Shown here: positions 1-7,180 of the stretch, in pieces
Position numbering within the stretch: position 1 is the stretch's first letter
Layout: every line of letters begins with the position of its first letter
Origin: Armatimonadota bacterium
Lineage (GTDB): Bacteria; Armatimonadota; UBA5829; DSUL01
Assembly: GCA_039811685.1 (NCBI GenBank)
Contig: JBDHZC010000001.1
Location: 288,001 to 352,000, forward strand
Direction: 5' to 3'
DNA length: 64,000 nt
The notes under the pieces: generated by a model
Databases searched by the model: none
The model's input: only the letters and a program-made list of their open reading frames with translations
What the model was told of the DNA's origin: nothing
Program-made: the position numbers and the translations under genes

Positions 1-1
1 C

Positions 2-280
2 ACCAACAACACCATCACCGGAAACAATACAGCTGGTATCGACTGCTCCTACTCCTCCTCTCCGACGATTGCGAACAACACCATCTCGGGGAACAGTTAT
101 GATGGTATCTCCTGCTTCTCCTCCTCTCCGACCATCACCAACAACACGATCGCCTTGAACTACGACGGTATCTACTGCTACCACTCCTCCTCGCCGACGA
201 TCACGAACAACACGATCTCGGGGAACGACGACGCCGGTATCTACTGCTCCTCCTCCTCCTCTCCGACGATCACGAACAAC
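2..280 (+). repeat. Four-plus tandem 66-69 nt coding repeats (beta-helix coils)
   Basis: Units 2-70, 71-136, 137-202 and 203-271 share aac aac acN atc...aac...ggt atc NNN tgc...tcc tcc tcN ccg acN at. Confidence 0.9.
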
Positions 281-1216
281 ATTGTTGCTTTTAGCGCTAA
301 GGGCATTTACAGGCTCGGCAGCGGTACTCCGACGCTCAACAATAACTGCGTGTTTAACCCGGCTGGTACTAGTTACGATGGGCTAAGCGCTGGGACAGGG
401 GACATCAGTGCCGACCCACTGTTTGCTGATCGCGCCAACGGGGACTTCCACTTGCAGAGCGCCTCACCGTGTATAGATGCAGGACTGGATAGCGCTGTGC
501 CCTCCTGGCTGCTGACGGATATGGACGGCCAGCCACGCATCAGCGGCCTGCATGTGGATATTGGAGCAGATGAGTATGTGCTTGAACTACCGGCAGCCGA
601 CATCCCTGAAGCCCGGGGCCGCAAAGACGGCGCTCAGGTTTCACTCTCGGGTGTCATTGTGACAGCAGTCTGGCCAGATGCTTTCTACATCGAGCAGCCC
701 GACCGGGCTTGTGGCATACGGGTGCAAAAGACCGCTCATGGTTTGAGTGTAGGCCAGTCGGCTACTATCTCAGGGACTATGGCCACCAATTCAGATGGTG
801 AGCGCTACATAGCCGCCTCAAGCGCTTCGGGAAGTGCTGGGCAAATCCTGACTGCTCTCACGGTCAGCCAGCGCTTACTTGGTGGCGCTGCCAGCTCGGA
901 CTACTCTCCAACGGCCGGTACAGGTCAGCGGGGTGTGAAGAACGGCGTTGATCTGAACAACATTGGTCTTCTTGTGCGCGTGTCAGGTACGGTGACCTAC
1001 GTAGACCCGAACGGGCAGTTCTTTACCATCTGGGACGGTTCGAGTGTGAAGGACAGCGACGGTCACCAGGGCGTACGTATCTTCGCCCCTGGCTTGAGTC
1101 TGCCCACCGTCGGCCAGTTTGTCACCGTCACCGGCGCAAGCTCCTGCTACAAGGTCGGAAGCGACCTGTATCCACTGGTCCGCGTGCGTAATGCGAGTGA
1201 TATTCAGACGCCGTGA
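2..1216 (+). CDS. Secreted right-handed beta-helix repeat protein with choice-of-anchor-Q-like segment and shared C-terminal tandem OB-like module (5'-truncated by window)
   Basis: The frame is open from position 2. It contains GIxCxxSSPTITNNTISGN repeats, DFHLQSASPCIDAG...DMDGQPR...VDIGADE, then a C-terminal module (FYIEQPDR..GIRV, NNIGLLVRVSG) shared with two other genes in the window. Confidence 0.8.
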   Translation, partial: TNNTITGNNTAGIDCSYSSSPTIANNTISGNSYDGISCFSSSPTITNNTIALNYDGIYCYHSSSPTITNNTISGNDDAGIYCSSSSSPTITNNIVAFSAKGIYRLGSGTPTLNNNCVFNPAGTSYDGLSAGTGDISADPLFADRANGDFHLQSASPCIDAGLDSAVPSWLLTDMDGQPRISGLHVDIGADEYVLELPAADIPEARGRKDGAQVSLSGVIVTAVWPDAFYIEQPDRACGIRVQKTAHGLSVGQSATISGTMATNSDGERYIAASSASGSAGQILTALTVSQRLLGGAASSDYSPTAGTGQRGVKNGVDLNNIGLLVRVSGTVTYVDPNGQFFTIWDGSSVKDSDGHQGVRIFAPGLSLPTVGQFVTVTGASSCYKVGSDLYPLVRVRNASDIQTP

Positions 1217-1480
1217 GAGCGGTCTGAAAGCAATAACATTGTAAGCCAGCACTTCCTGCCCTGTAGTATAGGCCCTTGAAAAAGTGGGCTGCTGCGGGGT
1301 AGGATCTGTTGGGTCTGTGCACGTTATGCTTTTCACGAACGCTGCTGATGCTGAAATTGGCTGAAGGAACGAAGCGCCATTTAGCCTACTGGCAGCAGTT
1401 TTCGCAGCTCCGCAGCGCCCTGGCAAAGTTCGCAGCAAACGTGACAGCCTCAGTACATTTCCCAAAGTGTAGATTACCTC

Positions 1481-1510
1481 TTGACAAGTGGGGGTAGTGT
1501 AGCGTAGTTT
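1481..1510 (+). promoter_or_regulatory. Possible sigma70 promoter for the heme-copper operon
   Basis: TTGACA (1481-1486), 18-nt spacer, TAGTTT (1505-1510). The -10 match is imperfect. Confidence 0.35.
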
Positions 1511-1974
1511 CTACTGGACGAGAGGCGCGGCGCGCTGCCGGAGCAAATCCAGGCTCAGATGGGGATGCTCAAACTGAGGAAGCGTGCCTGAGGGGCTGTT
1601 TAGCCAGCCGTCGCCACTCCCCCGGTTTTATCCCGGTTCAAAAAGTCCCAGCTCTTGCTGCTGGGATTTCGCGCGTGTGGGTAGCGTCTATGAACGCTGC
1701 CCCCTGACACCGTATCAGTGCGGCAGACAACGCGTTTGGCTCGGATACGGGAAGAGCCGGAAGATTCGGCAACGGACTTTACGTCAATACTGTTGCCTGC
1801 TTCTGTCAGAGAGGAGCACATTCCAATTCACAGAGTTCAAGAGGATATATCGGGAGGCCAGCCTGGACCTGCCTGCATTGTGAGCCCGCAGCGATATTGC
1901 GACGGCTGTGGACTTCGGCAAATGGGTAAGTTCGGGTCATCGGTAAGGAGGCCACGCCGAAGGGAGAAACGGCA

Positions 1975-2520
1975 TTGAATCTTCAGGACAAGATCTACAT
2001 TATAGCCCTTGCTGGAATGGGGCTGATCGCGCTTCTGTTTATTTATGTGCTCGCGAATGCGGGCAGGCCATTGCGCGAAGAAGAAAAGGCAGGATCCATG
2101 GGTATCGCATACCGCATGCGAACGTGGCTTTTTGTCATTCTGCTGGTGATCTTCTTCGTTGGCACGTGGGGTACGCTCTGGCACTATCCTATTCCACCGC
2201 AGCACGTGGCGCTGAATCCACCGCAGGTCGTAAACGTCACAGGGCGTATGTGGTCGTGGCAGATCGAGCCACCCACGGTGCATGCGGGCTCGGATGTGGA
2301 GTTCCGTGTCTCCAGCAGTGACGTCAATCACGGTTTTGCAATCTATGGGCCGGACGGCCGTATTGTAGCCCAGGTGCAGGCGATGCCTGGCTACACCAAC
2401 AAGCTGTTGCACAACTTTGACAAACCCGGAACATACACCGCGCGCTGTCTGGAGTTTTGCGGGTTGGCGCATGCGCAGATGGCTGCTCCTATTCAGGTCG
2501 TCGCGAGCAAGGGGGAATAA
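1975..2520 (+). CDS. Heme-copper oxidoreductase subunit II with CuA site (NorS/CoxB-like)
   Basis: Two N-terminal TM helices and a cupredoxin domain with DVNHGF and CLEFCGLAHAQM CuA ligands. RBS AGGGAG precedes the TTG start. Confidence 0.9.
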   Translation: MNLQDKIYIIALAGMGLIALLFIYVLANAGRPLREEEKAGSMGIAYRMRTWLFVILLVIFFVGTWGTLWHYPIPPQHVALNPPQVVNVTGRMWSWQIEPPTVHAGSDVEFRVSSSDVNHGFAIYGPDGRIVAQVQAMPGYTNKLLHNFDKPGTYTARCLEFCGLAHAQMAAPIQVVASKGE

Positions 2521-2522
2521 CG

Positions 2523-4025
2523 ATGGCGTCTCTCACTCTCTATCCTGCAGAAGAAAGGCTCGAAGGCGGCAGCAGAGTCACCTTCGACCTTTATATGATC
2601 ACAGCCGTTACGCTCTTTGTCGTGATGATGCTGATCGGGCTGACTATGCGCATGACACAGGCGACATGGTTGAACGTGAACCCGGCTCTGTTTTACCGGC
2701 TCCTTTCCATGCATGGCGCTGGTATGGTAGGCACGGCGTCCATTGCTACGACGGCTGTAATGTGGTTCTTTCTGCGTAAGTACGTCGGACTGCATCTCTG
2801 GGCGTTTGTCGCGAACTATGTGCTGTTTATGCTTGGCGCGCTGTGTGTCATAGTCTCGATCTTCTTTGGAGGGTACGGCGCGTTGTGGACGTTCCTGTAT
2901 CCTCTTCCGGTTCACGGTATGGGACTGTGGAGCAACAACGCCTCGGCTCTTTTCCTCGTTGGCTATCTTTTAATCGGCGTCGGAAGTCTCGTCTTCTACC
3001 TTGACGCTGCTGCCGCTATTATCAAGGTGTACGGAAACCTCGGACGTGGGTTAGGCCTGCAGTGGCTTTTTGGCGGAGAGATCAACCCGGATCACCCTAA
3101 GGCTGTCGTCGCCAGCTCCATGGTGATCATAGCAAACTCACTCGGGATTCTTGCGGGATCAGTGGTCCTGGTAATGAATCTGGTCAATATCTACTACCCG
3201 CAGATCACGCTCAATGCGCTCTTTGCCAAGAATCTGACGTACTGGTTCGGCCACATGTACATCAACGCTACCATCTATATGGGCGTGATGGCAGTCTATG
3301 AGCTTTTGCCCAGGTACACTGGCCGGCCTTATCCGATTTCCAGACCGTTCATCTGGTCATGGGCCGCAAGCTGTCTGTTCGTAATCGTTGTGTATCCGCA
3401 CCACTTGATGATTGACTTCGCGCAGCCTCGCTGGCTCACCATTATGGGGCAGGTAGTGTCCTGGAGCGCGGGCTTCCCCGTGTTTTGCGTGACAGCTTAC
3501 GGAGCTATGACGAATATCCACCGGTCCGGAATCCGCTGGACGATGCCTTCCCGGCTGATGGCGCTATCCATGTTTGGATGGGCAGCGGGTATCGTGCCTG
3601 CAATTTTGGACGGGACCGTGCGCAACAACCTGGTGATGCACAATACTCAGTGGGTTCCGGGACACTTTCACTTCTATCTGCTCCTCGGTGTGCTTTCCAT
3701 GGTGCTGGCGCTGATCTACCACGTGCTTGGAAACCGCGCAAACGCGGTGCCGAACTCGGGTCTGGATCGGACAGGATTTTTTGTGTATCTCATCGGAGGC
3801 CTGATTTTCACACTCGCTTTCCTGAGCGCGGGCCATCAGAGCGTGGCGCGGCGCATGGCCACCCATCTGCCGGAGTGGACACTTACGGATAAGGTAGGAT
3901 CGGTGGGCGCAACTCTGGTCGTTTTGGGTATGCTGTACTACGCAATTCGAATTATCGTTGGGCTGCTTGGTCGGCCTGTGGTTATAGATACGTCTCATGC
4001 CCATCCTGCGGACACTGCTGGCTAG
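2523..4025 (+). CDS. Heme-copper oxidoreductase subunit I, probable sNOR-type nitric oxide reductase (NorY-like)
   Basis: About 12 TM helices. His ligands are SMHG, WFGH, YPHH and GHFH, and the RR motif is present. The active-site HxxxY is replaced by HMYIN. Start moved to ATG 2523 after the GGGGAA RBS. Confidence 0.8.
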   Translation: MASLTLYPAEERLEGGSRVTFDLYMITAVTLFVVMMLIGLTMRMTQATWLNVNPALFYRLLSMHGAGMVGTASIATTAVMWFFLRKYVGLHLWAFVANYVLFMLGALCVIVSIFFGGYGALWTFLYPLPVHGMGLWSNNASALFLVGYLLIGVGSLVFYLDAAAAIIKVYGNLGRGLGLQWLFGGEINPDHPKAVVASSMVIIANSLGILAGSVVLVMNLVNIYYPQITLNALFAKNLTYWFGHMYINATIYMGVMAVYELLPRYTGRPYPISRPFIWSWAASCLFVIVVYPHHLMIDFAQPRWLTIMGQVVSWSAGFPVFCVTAYGAMTNIHRSGIRWTMPSRLMALSMFGWAAGIVPAILDGTVRNNLVMHNTQWVPGHFHFYLLLGVLSMVLALIYHVLGNRANAVPNSGLDRTGFFVYLIGGLIFTLAFLSAGHQSVARRMATHLPEWTLTDKVGSVGATLVVLGMLYYAIRIIVGLLGRPVVIDTSHAHPADTAG

Positions 4026-4614
4026 CCTGCTGGTTCTCACAGCGGGCTTGACAACCTTTTCGTATGCGACAAACGGCTTTCGCGCTTACACCAGCGAGAG
4101 CGCCAGGCGCATAGAGGTGCGGGAGCACCCGCGTAAAGTACCGGATGTCCTGCTTGTGACTGCGGACGCAAGTAGGACATCCTTTGCTTCTCTGCGCGGA
4201 AGATGGTTGCTGGTGGAGTTCATCTATACGGGATGCGCCTCCTATTGCGCGCTGCAGGGAGATGACTTTTCGCGTCTGCAGGATCGTCTGAAAGGGCCGC
4301 TTGCGCGTCGCAAGGTCGAATTGGTGAGCATCAGCTTCGACTTGAAGCAAGATGGGCCGGATCGCCTGGCAGGCTATCAGAAACGCTTTGGTGATCGCGG
4401 TGTTGGCTGGCTGGCTGCACGACCGCTGGATCAGAAAGGGTTAGCAAAGCTCATGCGGGTGTTCGGTGTTACCGCTGTCCCAGATGGCGCAGGTGGCTTT
4501 GTTCACAACGCAGCAATAGCGATTGTTGATCCGCAGGGACGTCTGGTGGCGATAGTAAACTGGAATGATCTGAACGCCGCCGAGCAGTACGTAACTCACC
4601 GGCTCACGACGTGA
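3997..4614 (+). CDS. senC: SCO1/SenC family copper chaperone
   Basis: N-terminal anchor, FIYTGCASYC (CxxxC), SISFD and downstream His (FVHN). It overlaps the end of subunit I. Confidence 0.88.
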   Translation: MPILRTLLASLLVLTAGLTTFSYATNGFRAYTSESARRIEVREHPRKVPDVLLVTADASRTSFASLRGRWLLVEFIYTGCASYCALQGDDFSRLQDRLKGPLARRKVELVSISFDLKQDGPDRLAGYQKRFGDRGVGWLAARPLDQKGLAKLMRVFGVTAVPDGAGGFVHNAAIAIVDPQGRLVAIVNWNDLNAAEQYVTHRLTT

Positions 4615-5192
4615 AGCCTTCGCCGCGGAGCAGCGCGCTGGCTGGCGCAGTGCTCTGGGTGATCCTCGCTCTTCCTCCTGTCCGGCATGTCCTTGAATCG
4701 GAATTGACGCCGCAGGTACTTGTCCAGATCCCCCTTCTGGCGTTGGCGGGGGCTTTGCTCGCGCGGCTGTTTTCTCGCCGCCTCGACACCGTAATGCGTC
4801 TGTGGAACGATGGTGGCATTCCGGGTCTATTGCTTGCGTCCGTTGCCGGAATGACGTGGATGCTGCCTCGCCTGATGGACGCATCCATCAACGAGGAAGG
4901 CTATGCGCTGGCAAAGTTTCTCACAGTGCCACTGCTAGTTGGAGTGCCGGTGGCCTTGAGTTGGCCAAAAAGCGGCTTCGTCACGCGGGGTGTTTTGCTG
5001 CTGGAGGTCGTGGCGACAGCTTTCCGGATGGGGTGGCTCTACCTGGTGTCGCCAGAGCGCCTGTGCAGCAACTACCTCCTTGGGGATCAACAACGGCTTG
5101 GCAAGCTACTGGTAGCGATCGGAGTTGTTATTGCGTTAGTCCTGGCCTGGCAGTTGATCTGGGGCCGCGTTCGCGTGGAGAGCCCTCAATAG
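4611..5192 (+). CDS. Integral membrane protein of the heme-copper operon (CtaG-like assembly factor candidate)
   Basis: About 6 hydrophobic helices, GTGA overlap with senC, VQIPLL and RLCSNYL motifs. Confidence 0.65.
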   Translation: MKPSPRSSALAGAVLWVILALPPVRHVLESELTPQVLVQIPLLALAGALLARLFSRRLDTVMRLWNDGGIPGLLLASVAGMTWMLPRLMDASINEEGYALAKFLTVPLLVGVPVALSWPKSGFVTRGVLLLEVVATAFRMGWLYLVSPERLCSNYLLGDQQRLGKLLVAIGVVIALVLAWQLIWGRVRVESPQ

Positions 5193-5285
5193 GCTCCCAT
5201 CAGGTGCGCAGGAGCCAGATACGATCTCTTTGTGTTCTCGAATCCGTCCCAACTGCAACGCGAAAAGCGCCGCCTGCGCCAACCC

Positions 5286-6917
5286 TCAGCGCGCGATATA
5301 CACGTGGTACTGATAGGTCAGCTCGCGCTCTTGACCGGCTGGCAGGTCGAACTCCCATTCGACTTCGGAGGTCGGATTGTAGGCATCCAGCTTCTTGGCG
5401 ACGCGCGTAACCCTGCTGGCCTGGCCACTGGACTTCACTTCACCGACCACAGATTTCACAACGTGCATCTTCACCGTCTCGTTTTTGAAGTTCTTGACCA
5501 CAAGCTTTCCATCCACCACAACGTCATCAATGCTGCGGTGGAAGATCTCCATGGGGGTTCGCGACACTTCCGTCTGAGTCTGGTCCGCCTTGATGTCTGC
5601 CGAGATTGTGAGCTTGAGGGAGCTTCGGCCGCCCGGAGGGGTGTAGCGCAGGGTGTCCTGAGCAACGGGCATGTTGGCGCGCATCGTAAGGGCCGGAGCT
5701 GTTGTCCAGCGTTCATTTCCCTTGTTGATGAGCCGCAGAGCGTGCCAGACGGGAGCTTCGTCCTGAGTGCTCGGGTTGCTGTCGTTGCGCCGATAGCCCC
5801 GGTCATCAATGTTCATGCTGTCCGGAATCTCCCACTCATAGACGTGCTCATAGGGCGCTTTCGTTGTAAAGACGGTGTAGCGCGCCCGGTCTCCCTTTTT
5901 CAGGGTCACGTTTTTCTGCTGGTAGGTGAACAGGTCTTCGTTGGCTTCACCGGCCATAGACGCACCCGCGCTGTAAATGAGCTCGCGTGAGCGCTCCGCA
6001 TATCCTCCGTACCCAACAGACTGCGCCATCACGTTCGAGAGCGATCCAAACTCCTGTCGTGAGCCTGAGCGAGACAGGCCCTGCATAAGCTGTGAGATAG
6101 ACTGCTGCAGCGCCAGTGGCGTAATGGTGTCAGCAAACGCAAAGTTTGGAAAGCCGACCACGAAGTAAACATCCGTATTGTCCAGGTCTTCGGCGTCGTT
6201 TGCCAGAACAGCCTCAAGCGTGATAGACGCCTCCTTCGGATCCGTGATGTCCACAAGGTAGCCTGGACTCCAGTTGATGCCCTTCTCGATGTAAGACAGA
6301 GCCAGCTCGCACCTTTCCCGGGAGCCGCTGATGTGCGCTTTGGCGCGAGGAACCTCCACTTCACGCGAAACTTCCACAGAGCTTCCGTCCGGCAGAGTGA
6401 CCTGACGTATAAAGGTTTTGTCCAGCGCGAGGGTCTGACCGTCCGCGCTTTTGAGAAGCACAATCTGCGATGCGTCCGGCGGGATACTTCGAAGCGGGTT
6501 TCCGGGCGTAGCCGCTGCCGGCGCTGGAAACGGCAGAACAGTTCCCCTTATCGTCTGAGCTTCGCTCGTCGGCGCGTAAACGACGCCGACTTCTCTTCCA
6601 ACATTCGCAGCCAGCAGATCTGCGAAGCTCGTCGCGCTGGCGGGTTTGCGCTCCGCACTGTTGAAAGAGATGACCTGCGTCACGCGCGCGGACGGGTCGG
6701 TCGTGCCCACCCAGTATGTGCCAAGCACTGCGGGTGGCACAGGGGCGAGCATTGTCCAGCCGTCCTGAAGGCGCGCTTCCCCCGTTCTGAACACAAAACC
6801 CAGACCATTCTTGAACGCAGCCAGCGACCGGACTTTTGTTCTGGCTTCAGGCAGCGTGGCGGCCTGTACCGAAGCGCACGTCCCCACCAACACACACATT
6901 GCGATCCATCTTTTCAT
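5286..6917 (-). CDS. Secreted DUF4139/DUF4140-like protein
   Basis: Signal peptide, LAAFKNGLGFV N-terminus, LSYIEKGINWSPGY and C-terminal EWEFDLPAGQERELTYQY. Confidence 0.7.
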   Translation of the reverse strand: MKRWIAMCVLVGTCASVQAATLPEARTKVRSLAAFKNGLGFVFRTGEARLQDGWTMLAPVPPAVLGTYWVGTTDPSARVTQVISFNSAERKPASATSFADLLAANVGREVGVVYAPTSEAQTIRGTVLPFPAPAAATPGNPLRSIPPDASQIVLLKSADGQTLALDKTFIRQVTLPDGSSVEVSREVEVPRAKAHISGSRERCELALSYIEKGINWSPGYLVDITDPKEASITLEAVLANDAEDLDNTDVYFVVGFPNFAFADTITPLALQQSISQLMQGLSRSGSRQEFGSLSNVMAQSVGYGGYAERSRELIYSAGASMAGEANEDLFTYQQKNVTLKKGDRARYTVFTTKAPYEHVYEWEIPDSMNIDDRGYRRNDSNPSTQDEAPVWHALRLINKGNERWTTAPALTMRANMPVAQDTLRYTPPGGRSSLKLTISADIKADQTQTEVSRTPMEIFHRSIDDVVVDGKLVVKNFKNETVKMHVVKSVVGEVKSSGQASRVTRVAKKLDAYNPTSEVEWEFDLPAGQERELTYQYHVYIAR

Positions 6918-7180
6918 AAGGTTACCCCCATTCGTGAACTGTCTGATAGATACCGCGCGCCCCGCAATCCTTCAATCCGGATTCGAAATACTTCGATTGA
7001 GGCTTCGGCAGGGCCGTAACCCTGGCGCCCCATTCTCGTATTGGAGGGATAACGGGCCTCCAGTTGTAAGCATCCTTCAGAGTCCGGGTACGAAAGTGCA
7101 AGACCAACCCGCACTTAGGTCTAAAGGCGCCCGGATTCAACACAATTCGAGGGGATTACCGGGCAGTTCAAGGAGGAAAC

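Noticed and set aside
2..280. CRISPR array or complete DGR
   Set aside because: The repeats are in-frame coding units without unique spacers. No cas genes, reverse transcriptase or template repeat are in the window.
1475..1496. CsoR-type copper operator (TACC...GGGGGTA) overlapping the -35 box
   Set aside because: Spacing and symmetry are poor, and no regulator is nearby.
2523..4025. Calling subunit I an ordinary ba3/aa3 cytochrome c oxidase (coxA/cbaA)
   Set aside because: The HxxxY cross-link tyrosine is replaced by Asn, so an O2-reductase call is not supported.
7080..7140. c-di-GMP-II riboswitch (AAGTGC / GCACTT pairing)
   Set aside because: The order of elements is reversed relative to the consensus and the other conserved nucleotides are missing.
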